From: Scyliorhinus canicula
Taxonomy: Eukaryota
Direction of reading: 5' to 3'
Length of the DNA: 64,000 nucleotides
Assembly: GCF_902713615.1 (NCBI RefSeq)
Contig: NC_052172.1
Location: 21,775,954-21,839,953 of the forward strand
In this document: piece after piece, positions 1 through 12,205 of the stretch
Numbering within the stretch: the stretch's first letter is position 1
Layout: each line of letters starts with the position of its first letter
The notes under the pieces: model-generated
Databases searched by the model: none
Seen by the model: only the letters and a program-made list of their open reading frames with translations
What the model was told of the DNA's origin: nothing
Translations under genes and position numbers: made by a program

Positions 1-770
1 CCTCGAGAAATCAAGAATTTATCAATTTCTGTCTTAAAGACACTCAATGTCCCGGCCTCCACCGCCCTCTGTGGCAATGAATTCCACAGACCTACCACTC
101 TCTGGCTGAAGAAATTTCTCCTCATCTCTGTTCTAAAGTGACTCCGCGTCCTAGTCTCCCCTACTAATGGAAACAACTTCCCTACGTTCATCCTATCCAA
201 GCCATTCATTATCTTGTACGTTTCTATTAGATCTCCCCTCAACCTCCTAAACTCCAATGAATATAATCCCACGATCCTCAGACGTTCATCGTATGTTAGG
301 CCTACCATTCCTGGGATCATCCGTGTGAATCTCCGCTGGACCTGCTCCAGTGCCAGTATGTCCTTCCTGAGGTATGGGGCCCAAAATTGCTCACAGTATT
401 CTAAATGGGGCCTAACTAGTGCTTTATAAAGCCTCAGAAGTACATCCCTGCTTTTATATTCCAAGCCTCTTGAGATAAATGACAACATTACATTTGCTTT
501 CTTAATTACGGACTCAACCTGCAATTTACCTTTAGAGAATCCTGGACTAGGACTCCCAAGTCCCTTTGCACTTTAGCATTATGAATTTTGTCACCGTTTA
601 GAAAATAGTCCATGCCTCTATTCTTTTTTCCAAAGTGCAAGACCTCGCACTTGCCCACGTTGAATTTCATCAGCCACTTCTTGGACCATCCTCCTAAACT
701 GTCTAAATCTTTCTGCAGCCTCTCCACCTCCTCAATACTACCTGCCCCTCCACCTATCTTTGTATCATCG
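1..770 (-). mobile_element. CR1/HER1-type LINE, 3' ORF2 (RT C-terminal) fragment
   Basis: ORF 506..727(-) reads LQKDLDSLGGWSKKWLMKFNVGKCEVLHFG...QRDLGVLV; the minus strand continues into RPHLEYC-like sequence typical of CR1 RT. Confidence 0.9.
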
Positions 771-1060
771 GTTGCCCTTGAACTTTGTGACTTGTTAGGC
801 CATTTCGGTGGGGGGGGGGGTTACAGTTAAGAGTCACATGTAAGCCAGACCGGGTAAGGATGGCAGATTTCCTTCCCTGAAGGACATCAGTGAACCAGAT
901 GGGTTTTTACGACAATTGGAAGTGGTTATCATTATACTTATTAAATTCCAGTTTTTTAAATTTAATTTAAATTTGTCGTGATGGATTCGAACCTGGGATC
1001 CCAGAGCATTACCCTGGGTCTCTGGATTACTAATCTAGTGACAATACCACTTTGCCTCCC
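771..1060 (-). mobile_element. tRNA-headed SINE relic
   Basis: B-box-like GGTTCGAATCC on the minus strand (~983-993); body gagtcac...agaccgggt...gcagatttcct recurs at ~28261-28315. Confidence 0.55.
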
Positions 1061-1567
1061 TGGTAACAAATGTTACATGTTCATATGCTTTTGCTGGTTC
1101 CCTGGCAACATTGCGTACAAGGGGCGTCTTTCTGTCCCTGCAGTGCTCTTCCCCCGGATCCACAATAGTCACAACCCCCACCACCCTCTTGTCCCCTTCT
1201 GGCCTCTTGGTTGGGACGTGTTCGACTTGCACTGTGGCAAGTCGGGACTGAAAACTAGCCTAGCCTAATTCCTACCTCAGTTTGCTTAAATGGCAAGTCA
1301 CAAATCCTATTTCTGTAAATAAAGCCTCTGCTTCATGTGTTGCACAGCAAAATATGTGGATTTAGGAGAATTCAGTTGCATTTAGTAATTACAGTGTAGA
1401 GAAAGCACTTACTGTAAAAACACTTTAGACATTTATATTAAATGTTTTCACCTGATATTTTAAGATGCATTAACCTTCTCAAAATAGCTTTGAAACAATT
1501 CGATACCGTACGATAGTTACCAGATTTGTCTTACTTCCAGCTCCACTTCTTGTTTTTATGTTTGTAG

Positions 1568-1643
1568 GCTGCCTTGGAGGTGTTACTAATGAAAGGTGTG
1601 AGGCGAGACCCTTGTCACCCTCTGGGAGATTACCACTACACTG
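1568..1643 (+). CDS. ZNF541: ZNF541-like (ELM2-SANT family) internal exon, AALEVLLMKGVRRDPCHPLGDYHYTG
   Basis: tgtag|GCT...ACTG|gtaag, 76 nt. The peptide matches the ELM2-SANT linker of ZNF541/TRERF1/MIDEAS; the phase-1 end joins the next exon. Confidence 0.8.
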
Positions 1644-1769
1644 GTAAGAACAAAGCCACTTACATAGGGGGTAGTCTGAAGGTTCATATGATTCAGTGGG
1701 TACAGCATTGAGCTCACAACCATGGAGTCACACCTTTGGCTAGTATGCAAACCACCCTGTTCTTCTTCG

Positions 1770-1816
1770 AAACAAACCTGTTGGACTTTAACCTGGTGTT
1801 GTAAGACTTCTTACTG
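1770..1816 (+). mobile_element. Extreme 3' tail of a Penelope-like element
   Basis: gaaacaaacctgttggactttaacctggtgttgtaa is identical to the tail at ~29989-30024. Confidence 0.55.
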
Positions 1817-3389
1817 ATCCTATTGGGCAAATTTAGTTTGCAGTCAGTTACAGTGCTGGGTGGTAAGGAAAAATCCTCAAACTTTGGCTTCCAAATCCCC
1901 ATGTCAATTAATAAATTAGATCAGTACCTTTCGGGAGGGGTGAATGTCAGCCAGTCTTTCTGGTGTACTTGAGATTAGGAAGAAAGTCTGTGCATGGACA
2001 GAAGGAGTAGTCTTCATTGCATGAAACTTCATTTTTCACTCGTTTCTGAAGTTGAAGTTCAGCTCCACACCTGAAGTTCTATTCCCCCCCCCTCCTACCT
2101 GGCTGTTATTAATTGATGGGAGGCATTTCAAATCGTGAAAACTTAAAACCTTTTTATTTCTAGTATTAACAACTTAAATGTTGGACCCAAGACTAAAATA
2201 TCATAAATTTGTCATGTTTAATGGGGTTCAATGTTACCTGTCTTCTCTATGTTGGGGTATGATTCTCACACACACACACCACCTGCTATCTCACCTTGAA
2301 TGCTCATCCTTCACGTCTGTGCTTACTTGGTGCCAGCAGGCTGTTCAGTCATGGTGGTCATGGGGCTGGGTTCAGTCCTGTCCTCATTCGACAGTCACAG
2401 GCACCTGTACTTTGCAGCTGGATGGCCAGGAGCAGGAAAGCTAGCTGATTTCTGTTTAACCCTCCTTGCCTCCAGCACAAATGAAGCATCAAAACCAGAG
2501 GTTTCCCTGCTGTTTATGGCTGGCTAATTTTCCACTGAGTGCGTTTGCCCATTGAGCTATCTGTTTTGTGTAGGAGTGGATAAGAACGGGAAGTGAATAA
2601 GATATGCCCCCACAACCCAAAAATGTGCAAGCTAGGTGGATTGGCCAAGCTAAATTGCCCCTTAATTGGAAAAAATGAATTGGGTACTCTAAATTTATTT
2701 TTAAAAAAATAATGGCCAATCTATTACAAAGATGATATATATAAATGCCACAAATAAACAGCTAAAAATGAAAAAGAGACTTTATAAATCTGTACTGAGA
2801 GCATTAAATGACAGGAACAACAGATCTGTCAGCACCTGAACGAGACTCTTTCAATTAAACACTTCTTCAGAATGATGAAGGCTGGGATTCTCCATTCACG
2901 GCTGCTGCAATCGGGAACCTCGATCAGGCGGAAAATGGAGTGCGGCACAAAAATGGGATCCTTTACCACCGACTATAACGTGCTATCTGCCCCACGCTGG
3001 TGGGAAAATGCAAAATAGTGATCAGCATGCAATTATGGCCTGGAAGACCAAAATGGTTTCACTTCCTCTTTCCTCAGCAGAAAGCACTTAGCTCCTTTGA
3101 TGTGCTGAGGGGCTGTCAATCACAGCGAGAGTGTTTATAAATATTGTGGTTATCAAAGCAAGGTACTTGAGATGCAGTCAAGTGTAAAGGGAAGCCTGAA
3201 TAGCCTAACTTCCTAAGCAGCTGTGTCTAAACCATTAAGCTGTCTCTCACAGGCTAGTGAAAGGACGCTTAGCATTTCAAGGGGCGTCAGGGGATTTGAG
3301 GCCTTAAAAGCCACAGCACTCATAAAACCTGCTGTTTTAAAGATATTTGTCTGAGGGAGCAGATGTTAGTAAAGAGAAAGTTTTCCGAC

Positions 3390-3955
3390 ATAAGATGATA
3401 AAAAGTACTGACATAGAGCGGATGCTTCCTCTCGTGGGGCAATCTAGAACAAAAGATTGTTTTAGGATAAGAGGTAGCAAATTTAAAACAGAGATAAGAA
3501 GAAATTACTTCTCTCAAAGAGTCTTGAATCTGGGGTGGCACGGTGGCGCAGTGGTTAGCACTGCTGCCTCATGGAGCTGAGGACCCGGGCTCGATTCCAG
3601 CCCCGGGTCACTGTCCATGTGGAGTTTGCACATTCACCCCGTGTCTGCGTGGGTCTCACCCCCCACAACCCAAAGGTGTGCAGACCAGATGGATTGGCCA
3701 TGAACCATTTCCTCTTAATTGGGAAAATTAAAGAGTCGTGAATCTGTGGAATTCACTACTCCGGAGAATGGTGGATGCTGGGTCTTAAGGAGCAGATAGA
3801 CAGATTTTCAATTAGTAATGGGTTGAAGGGTTATGGAGAACAGGCAGGAAAGTGGCGTTGAGGCCGAGAGAAGATCAGCCATGATCGTATTGAATGGTGG
3901 AGCAGGTTCGAGGGGCTGAAATGCCAACTCCTGCTCCGAGTTCTTATGTTCATTG
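3390..3955 (+). mobile_element. CR1 3' fragment interrupted by an HE1-type SINE (~3533-3729)
   Basis: FKTEIRRNYFSQRV CR1 end; the SINE is flanked by a duplicated aaagagtc(t/g)tgaatctg target site. Confidence 0.8.
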
Positions 3956-4514
3956 ATTCTTCACTGAACTGCCTGGACTGCTCTTCAGAGTTTAAAAAGT
4001 CAGACCAGGAGGATGCTATTGATCAGAGGGCTACCTGAGATTACCATGCCAATGGTGATCATCTATTGCCTGGGGCTGAAAGGGGCAGACCAGACACGGC
4101 ACCCCCCCCCCATCACAGGGTCAATCCCTCAGCCACAGCACAAGCCCACACAACCCCCCCCCCCCCCTCCTGCAGCATGACAGTGGCAGAGGGACACAAT
4201 ATGAGAGGTTGGGGGTGCCCTCCTTGTCAGTGGGGGAGGGGGGGGGGGGGGTCAGGATTTGTATTGTGGGGGAATCCAGTGTGATCTCCGCCGTGCATAA
4301 ATTTGCATGGCCAAGGACTATGAATCACACCTGGGCACCGTTCCTAGCGTCAACGCAGACCAGTCCCGATCTGCTGCTGGCACTTTCCCTTTCACATGCC
4401 AACTGGCTGGTGTTGTTCCAACACTTTCTGTCCTCTTTTCAGACATGTGACATTGGCAGAACTTCATTTCATCGATATGTTGTTAATCCTTCAATGTGTT
4501 TCTTTTGAATTTAG

Positions 4515-4603
4515 GTACTGAGAAATGGACTACTGCAGAAAAAAAGATGTTCAATAAAGCAATTTGCCTTCACAATAAAGATTTCTTTCTAATGCAGAAG
4601 ATG
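4515..4603 (+). CDS. ZNF541: ZNF541-like exon, SANT domain first half, (G)TEKWTTAEKKMFNKAICLHNKDFFLMQKM
   Basis: ttag|GT...ATG|gtaag, 89 nt; SANT W..E...F..A.....KDF motif; frame consistent with both neighbours. Confidence 0.85.
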
Positions 4604-4694
4604 GTAAGAGATAATCAAATCGCAAAGTCAGGGTATTAAAGGCAGTTAAAAACGATTCAACTGCCAAAATTGACTCTATATACAATATTGAATT

Positions 4695-4885
4695 AAAAAA
4701 AAAAATTTAGAGTACCCAATTATTTTTTTCCAATTACGGGGCAATTTAGCGTGGCTAATCCACCTAGCCTGCACATCTTTGGGCTGTGGGGGCGAAACCC
4801 ACGCAAACACAGGGAGTGACCCAGGGCCAGGATTCGAACCCGGGTCCTCATGGCCGCAGGCAGCAGTGCTAACCTCTGCTGCTCC
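4695..4885 (-). mobile_element. HE1/V-SINE (A-rich-tail subfamily)
   Basis: tRNA-like head (GGTTCGAATCC) and V-domain ggattagccacgctaaattgcccc on the minus strand. Confidence 0.8.
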
Positions 4886-5388
4886 AATATTGAATTTTTT
4901 AGGAGTTATTTTCACTTTCACTGTGGGCAGTAAAGTGACAGACGAGAGGACAACCTGCCCGTGGTAGAAGATGCCCGTTTTACATTTCCCCACACTGTCG
5001 GCCTTCTAGTTTCCTAGGTTACACTACCATCTTAATCTCCAATTAGTCATGAAAATTATGCTCTTGTCCAAAGTAATTTTGATCTTTAGAGCTCATAAAA
5101 CAGAGGAAGCTTTCATCTTATCGATCGAGACAAAACTCCCAGGCCTCAGCAGAGAGAGAATCCCACTCTGACTGCATGGAATTGCCAGTCCTTGGAAACA
5201 TTTGTCAGCCAGCACTAAAATACTGACACCTTATTACTGGTGTGTGTGATCTATTTACAGCAGCATTATGGAATTTGAAAGCGTTTAGTGGAAGATGGTG
5301 CAGTTAAAACAGCATATTTTGGTTAGCAGCCTCAAGTGGCATCATTGTAAAGTGTAAATATTTTTCTGCCCACAAATGTTTTAATCCA

Positions 5389-5510
5389 GCACATTCTCCC
5401 CGTGTCTGCGTGGGTCTCACTCCCCACAAACCAAAGATGTGCAGGGTAGGTGGATTGGCCACACTTCTTTGGAAAAAAATTAATTGGGTACCCTTAATTT
5501 AAAAACAAAA
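5389..5510 (+). mobile_element. 5'-truncated HE1/V-SINE with TSD
   Basis: Flanked by direct repeat caaatgttttaatcca. Confidence 0.75.
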
Positions 5511-6280
5511 CAAATGTTTTAATCCAAACATGGAGGGCACCCATGGAAAAAGAATCACAGCATTATAGTTTAATGCAGTAACTACTGTATTATGAAGTTC
5601 TATTTCTACAATTTTGGATTGTTGGTTCGCTATTAGAATTTCCAGCAGTACTCCACAATTTGTTGCTACCACCTAGTGATGAGAAAGAGACTGCAGCTGC
5701 TGGAGCTGCAAGATGATCTTTAGCCAGTCAACATCTAAATAATTACATTACATCTCATGGAACTTGGGAATGAATTCCATGCGCAGAATGAAAGTCCCGG
5801 CACGCAGAAGCCTTGGACGAAGAAAGCCTTTTTGCTCATCCTTCTGAACACAAACATCTTCCACTGCCAAAATGTAACTGTTTCTTAAATACTTTTATTC
5901 CCCTTCTCGCTTCTGCAGCCTGAAGGAGCTTGAACTAAATGAGTTAGGGGTGGTCCCAGTCCCCTTCCTGTGAGTTCGCTGTACTATTTTGATAAAGGCT
6001 GCTTAATTCTACATCCAAAAGGTTTTAAACTGGGAGTTTCTGGTTGGGAGAGACTGGTAGTGAATATCAGGACAGGGTGGCTGGTGAATTAGGACACGTG
6101 AGCCATTTGAGGCACTATCAGAGAATTTTGTTCTTAAAAATTGTGTAATGAAAAACCACCAGGCTGGAAATCGGACTGTCCAGGTTAAACCCTGTGATTG
6201 TCCACGTTTGTAATACCATTAAGTGCAAGAACAATCCTCGGCCTACTGAATTCAAAACATTTTTCTTTAAAGTATAATAG

Positions 6281-6575
6281 CGGTAGCATAGTGGTTAGCA
6301 CTATGGTTTCACAGTGCCAGGCTCCCAGGTTCTATTCCGGCTTGGGTCACTATCTGTGCGGAGTCTGCACGTTCTCCCCGTGTCTGCTGGATTTCCTCCG
6401 GGTGCTCCGGTTTCCTCCCACAAGTACCGAAAGACGTGCTGTTAGGTGAATTGGGCATTCTGAATTCTCCCTCAGTGTTCCCGAACAGGCACCGGAATGT
6501 GGCGACTAGGGGCATTTCACAGTAACTTCATTGCAGTGTTAATATAAGCCTACTTGTGACATTAAAGATTGTGAT
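6281..6575 (+). mobile_element. V-SINE with 'gtggcgactagggg...gcctacttgtgaca' tail
   Basis: tRNA-like head, V-domain, and a tail shared with copies at ~14177, 25690, 28340, 35010 and 52500. Confidence 0.8.
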
Positions 6576-6829
6576 TAAAATATAGGAATGATTTAAAATT
6601 GAATAGTAAGAGGAGGCAGACCTGCTGTAGATTACAGGGCTGATTTTACAAATTACTGCTACCATTGGGAACTCACACTCTACATATTGAAAAAAAGCAG
6701 GGGTTCTGGATCTAAAATGTAAACAAGTGAATTGCCCCAGGTGAAACACCCCCCCCAGTAGCGCACACACAAAAGTATTAACCCTGTTAGAACAGATCTA
6801 TTGCATTCATGGGACCTGCTGTTTTACAG

Positions 6830-7033
6830 ATAAAATACAAAACCGTGGCACAATGTGTTGAATATTACTACACCTGGAAGAAACAGCTAAAATTTGAGTG
6901 GAAAAGAACACACTTGCTTGAGGAAGAGGAGATAAAGCGTGAGACAGACAGTCCCGCTGATGGAAAAGAAATAAAAAAGCTGGTTAGAAATGCTGCTAAT
7001 TATGCTCAGGCCAGTGAGGGAACATGCAGGCAG
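6830..7033 (+). CDS. ZNF541: ZNF541-like exon, SANT domain second half, IKYKTVAQCVEYYYTWKK...
   Basis: ttacag|ATA; KTVAQCVEYYYxWKK is diagnostic of ZNF541/TRERF1/MIDEAS. Donor CAG|gtaagg at 7033; an alternative in-frame donor follows 6982. Confidence 0.85.
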
Positions 7034-7194
7034 GTAAGGGAAACCCAAGGCAATGCTGGAGGAGTCTCTGCCCATATCCAACAGGCACCAGATTTTTGCT
7101 GCCGGTGTGGATGAGGGCAAACTGCAGGGTGGATAACAGACTGACCACAGGACTATAGTACAGAAGACCGCTGAAATGGGGGTAATAAGCATAA

Positions 7195-7485
7195 ACTAGG
7201 AGCAGAAATAGGCAATTCAGCCTTTTGCGCCCGCTCCGCCATTCAGTACGATCAAGGCTGATCTCTTCTTGACCTCAACTCCACTTTCCTGCCTGTTCTC
7301 CATATCCCTTCAACCCATTACTAATTAAGAATCTGTCTAACTCCTCCTTGAATTTACTCAATGTCCTGGCATCCACTCTGGGCTCCACAGATTCACCACC
7401 CTTTAAGAGAAGTAATTTCTTCTCATCTGTTTTAAATCCGCAACCCCCTCCATCATCCTAAAACTATGACCTCTTGTTCTAGAAA
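7195..7485 (-). mobile_element. CR1 3' end fragment
   Basis: Reverse complement resembles the CR1 tail at 3730-3955. Confidence 0.7.
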
Positions 7486-7489
7486 AGGA

Positions 7490-8960
7490 ATGTGATAGTG
7501 AGAAACAATATAGCCGGGGGGGAGATAGATACTGTTTAGTTGTGACAAGAAGTTCTGAACGTTATGCTGCCTGCCCAGTATCGGGGTTAGGACATCTCCC
7601 GTGGCTGGAAAGGGAGGAGATTGATACAATTGTCAGGGTTCATGTTGGCACACAACACAGGGAAGAACAGGCAAGAGGTGAGTACCAGGAACTAGGAGCT
7701 AAACTAAAGAACAGGAGCATTCAACCATTCTAAACTGGATTACCCTAGCTCTGAGTAAATTAGGATAGGGATAAGAAGATGAGTGAGGTGAATGGCTAAT
7801 GGAGCAGGGTATGAAAAGGAGGTTTCCATTTCATGGAATACCAGCAGCAGTAGGGGGGCAGGAAGGAACTGTACCAATTGGACGGACTCCACCTGAACCA
7901 GGCTCAGACTAGGTTCCTAATGGAACGGATAACCAGGATGGTCACAAGGACTTTAATCTAGTTAAGGACGTTGGAGAGGAATGGGGCTCAATGGTAGTAG
8001 ATAATAGCTGAAAAACAGAAGAAAGGCAAGACGTCAGAGTCCGAAATTGAGCTTTAGGCACCACAGATGTAAATAAAAATAGAGATAAGCAAAGTGTCAG
8101 TACAACATTAGAGAAGGACAAGAAGGGGGTGTGTGGCTCAAATAAGAGTTCTTTATCCAAGCCTACAGAGTGTAAGGAACAACAAAATTTAATCTGGCAT
8201 AAAGTGAACAGGAAAGATGGAAAATCGTGGGGAGGGAGGAGTGAGTAGTAATAGTGATTTAGAATGAAATCACTTCAATAATATGAGAGGATATAACGAG
8301 AGGTTAAGCAGACAGTGGAAACCTCATGGGAAGAATAATGAGATAGAAAAGAATAAGACAAGGGATATGTGTATACGGTCCCTGTAACAAGCGAGAAGTT
8401 GGAGGCTGTAGAAATACAAAGATTAGGTAAGCATGCAGCAAATGCAGAGTATTATAGGCACAAGCAGACTAGCACAGGTCGGAATGATAGTGAATTTGTT
8501 GATTTGTGTCTATGATAGTGTTATGTTTTTGGTCCTGGAACCTTTCAGGATCAAGTAGACGCGGAGGTGATTAACATCGCAACTGTTCTTTAGTGCTGTC
8601 GCAGTCGAGCTAATAAAACATGTATGCTGCGATCCCACAGTGCACTGGCTTGCAAAGTACAGCAAGCCAGTCAAAGCATACAGTAGAAAACAGAGAGATC
8701 CCAGCTTAGTGCCACTGACCTCTGGGTCTTCAAGCTCTACACCGGGCTGGGACTCCAGTGCTACATTGTTAGAGCTGCTGTCCCTTGAATGGAATGCTAG
8801 ACCTGGGGTGCTTGTAGAGGATACAAGAGGAAAGTTGCACAAACAGTTGATTTAACCTACTTCAGACAGAAAATGTGGTCGGGACTATTACCCACGGAGG
8901 CAGTGCAAATAAATAATGAGAGGCTATTAAGTGAGAATTGAAGAGATATTTGAGGGAATA
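7490..8960 (+). mobile_element. Old degenerate CR1 (ORF1 esterase and ORF2 endonuclease remnants)
   Basis: VRVHVGT and DGLHLN-like remnants (gacggactccacctgaac); many stops and frameshifts. Confidence 0.5.
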
Positions 8961-9162
8961 AGTGATTGAAATGTGTTTCTTTCCAGCACTGACTGGGTAG
9001 ACTCCAGTATCCTTTCACTGCATACATTCCTTGTATGTTTCTATATCAGAAGGACGTTCTGGTAACAGCAATAGTCAATTTAGTCATTGGTTGTAATATT
9101 TTATCAATAACTCTTGTGGGTAAAAATATTCAACTCTGCTTTTTCCCCCTCCCCCTCCTCAG

Positions 9163-9347
9163 TCGTTCATAGCCTCACAGGGTTTGAGCATTCCTTCCCA
9201 GACAAGTGTGAGCCGGGAAAAGCTCAAGAAGAAAATTGTACGGTCTAAGCCGAGCCCTTCTCCATCAGTTCACTGTCAGACGGGAGCCCAGGACAAGAAT
9301 GAGAAAAAATTTATCCTGGGGAATTTCCCTTGTAAAGAGTGCACAAA
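9163..9347 (+). CDS. ZNF541: ZNF541-like exon ending in the first half of a C2H2 finger (...GNFPCKECT)
   Basis: Strong polypyrimidine tract + cag|TCG; open frame for 185 nt; AA|gtaggt phase-2 donor matches the last exon. Confidence 0.8.
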
Positions 9348-9559
9348 GTAGGTAAAGCTATGAGTGGTGGGGTCTGGATAATACATGTTGCCAAGAGTTG
9401 TGATTTCCTGATTAACTGCTGTTAAGGTGCAGAATTAAGTAAATAACTTGCATTTATATTGGACCTTTCACCACCTCGGGACAACCCAAAGAACTTTACA
9501 GGAAGTGTTTTTGAAGTTCACTGTTGAAATATGGGGAAACTTTTAAAAACAATATGTTT

Positions 9560-10390
9560 AAGAATTTTTTCATTATCAAAACAACTAGAAACAATCAAAC
9601 AGAAAAACATAAAAGATAAGAGAAAAAAGGCAAAAACACATACAACATATAATAAACTTAATACAAAAACTAACTTTTAAAAATAAATTTAGAGTACCCA
9701 ATAATTTTTTCCAATTAAGGGGCAATTTGGCGTGGCCAATTCACCTACCTACCCTGCACATTTTTGGGTTGTGGGGACGAAACCCACGCAAACACGGGGA
9801 GAATGTGCAAACTCCACAATACAAAAACTAACCTAAACTCCCTAACACCTGATGGTGATGTAACTCTTTTAAAAAAAAAAAGAAATGAATGGCTGACATC
9901 TCGGGTAAAATATCTCCACTGACCCCCTAACGTTGAACTTGACCTTCTCCAAATGCAAAAATTACATTAGGTCACCCAGCCGAAGTGAGGCTCTAGGCGG
10001 AGTGGGAGGCCTCCACCCAAGCAAAATTCACCTTTGGGCTGTCAACGAGGCAAAGGCAAGGGCATCCACCTTGACCCCAGACTGAAGCACCAGTGATTCC
10101 AACCCCCCAAATATGGCCACCAGCAGACACGGATCCAAATCTACACTGAGTATCTCTGACATGGTGTTAAAGGAAGAAGCCCATAAACCTATCGACTTGG
10201 GACAGGACCAGAACATATGCGTGTGATTAGCCAGCCCACGATAGCGGTGCTCACAGTTATCCCCAGGGAAGAACCCGTTCATCCTTGCCCTGGTCAAGAG
10301 CGTCCTCGGCAAAACGTTAAACTGAACCAGAGGCACAAAAAGGACAGTACTGCAGCGGGAGCCACCTTGTGTACGTCTTCCCCCTACATT
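9560..10390 (-). mobile_element. L1/Tx1-type LINE 3' fragment (with SINE insert ~9675-9820)
   Basis: ORF 10028..10426: C...HTHMFWSCPK...W, an L1 C-terminal zinc-knuckle-like motif. Confidence 0.65.
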
Positions 10391-10626
10391 ACACCACTGG
10401 GAAACTTTCTCAAGGGCAATTAACAATGGGCAATAAATGCTGGCCTAGCCAGTGATACCCACTACCCATGAATGAATTTAACACTGGCAGCACGCAAATT
10501 GTGCACAGTAAGCTCCCACAACAGTAATGAGACAATAGTGAATTATCGCGGATGCTGGAATCTGAAACGAAAATAGAAAATGCTGGAAAATCTCAGTGGA
10601 TCTGACAGAATCTGTGGAGCGAGAAC

Positions 10627-10670
10627 AGAGTTAACGTTTCGAGTCTGGATGACTCTTCGTCAAAGCTGGA
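10627..10670 (-). ncRNA. Minimal type I hammerhead-like motif (Penelope pLTR), C3U variant or decayed
   Basis: Minus strand: TTGACGA-A-GAGTC-atcca-GACTC-GAAACGTT; perfect 5-bp stem II and palindromic AACGTT stem III. Confidence 0.55.
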
Positions 10671-10687
10671 GAGAACTGGAAATGGGC

Positions 10688-10885
10688 TGGGGTGCGGTGA
10701 GGCTGGATAGGGGGTGCGGTGAGGCTGGATAGGGGGTGCGGTGAGGCTGGATAGGGGGTGCGGTGAGGCTGGATGGGGGTGCGGTGAGGCTGGATGGGGG
10801 GTGCGGTGAGGCTGGATGGGGGTGCGGTGAGGCTGGATGGGGGGTGCGGTGAGGCTGGATGGGGGGTGCGGTGAGGCTGGATAGA
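10688..10885. repeat. ~20-22 bp minisatellite (ggggtgcggtgaggctggat)n
   Basis: About 9 near-identical tandem copies visible. Confidence 0.95.
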
Positions 10886-11203
10886 GGGCCAGAGATAGAT
10901 TGAGGCTGGGGAGAGATTGACAAAGATGTTGTGGACAAAAAGAAAAAGGGAATGTAAACGGTGGTGATTGTGGCACATTAACAGCACCCCCTATCCAGTG
11001 TTAATGGCACAACAAAGGTAAGCAGTGTGTCAAAGGACAACCTGGAACAGAGAACAGATGGCCCTGGTGGGGTGGGGCAAGCAGAGACAGTAGTAAGCGA
11101 AAAACAAGATGGAAAATAGGATGAAAAGGGGGATGGAAAATTGAATCAATGGAAGAAATTGGATCTCAAACAATGACGAGACAGAGTACAGAAATGAGAT
11201 ACA

Positions 11204-11430
11204 AGGGCAGCACGGTGGCCTAGTGGTTAGCACAACCGCCTCACGGCGCTGAGGTCCCAGGTTCGATCCCGGCTCTGGGTCACTGTCCGTGTGGAGTTTG
11301 CACATTCTCCCCGTGTCTGCGTGGGTTTCACCCCCACAACCCAAAAATGTGCAGAGTAGGTGGATTGGCCACGCTAAATTGCCCCTTAATTGGAAAAAAT
11401 AATTGGGTAATCTAAATTTTAAAAAAAAGA
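11204..11430 (+). mobile_element. Young HE1/V-SINE with 14-bp TSD
   Basis: Flanked by agaaatgagataca; near-identical to copies at ~18640-18882, 23925-24149 and 25735-25958. Confidence 0.9.
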
Positions 11431-11446
11431 AGAAATGAGATACAGA

Positions 11447-12205
11447 ATCTGGTGAACTGATGCGACAACAATAATCTCTCCCTCAATGTCAACAAAACGA
11501 AGGAGATTGTCATCGACTTTAGGAAGCGTAGTGGAGAACATGCCCCTGTCTACATCAATGGGAATGAAGTAGAAAGGGTCGAGAGCTTCAAGTTTTTAGG
11601 TGTCCAGATCACCAACAACCTGTCCTGGTCCCCCCCATGCCGACACTATAGTTACGAAAGCCCACCAACGACTCTCTCAGAAGACTAAGGAAATTTGGCA
11701 CGTCAGCTACGACTCTCACCAACTTTTACAGATGCACCATAGAAAGCATTCTTTCTGATTGTATCACAGCTTGGTATGGATCCTGCTCTGCCCAAGACCG
11801 CAGGAAACTACAAAAGGTCGTGAATGTAGCCCAATCCATCACGCAAACCAGCCTCCTATCCATTGACTCTGTCTACAATTCCTGCTGCCTTGGAAAGGCA
11901 GCCAGCATAATTAAGGACCCTACGCACCCCGGACTTGCTCTCTTCCACCTTTCATCAGGAAAAAGATACAAAAAGTCACTTACCAACCGACTCGAGAACA
12001 GCTTCTTCCCTGCTGCCATCAGACTTTTGAATGGACCTACCTCGTATTAAGTTGATCTTTTCTCTACACCCTAGCTATGACTGTAACATTATATTCTGCA
12101 GTCACTCCTTCCTTCCCCATGTACGGTATGCGTTGTCTGTATAGCAGGCAAGAAACAATACTTTTCACTCTATACTAATACATGTGACAATAATAAATCA
12201 AAAAA
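11447..12205 (+). mobile_element. Rex1/Babar-type LINE 3' fragment
   Basis: Encodes LSLNVNKTKEIVIDFRKRSGEHAPVYINGNEVERVESFKFLGVQITNNLSW...SFFPAAIRLLN; ends catgtgacaataataaatc. Confidence 0.75.

Noticed and set aside
1186-1215. Peptide PTKRPEG in ORF 1035..1232, identical to ERH residues 10-16
   Set aside because: Flanking residues and splice context do not match ERH; treated as coincidence rather than a duplicated exon.
11204-11280. tRNA genes (A/B boxes, many copies)
   Set aside because: They are tRNA-derived SINE heads continuing into V-domains with tails and TSDs; no complete cloverleaf seen.
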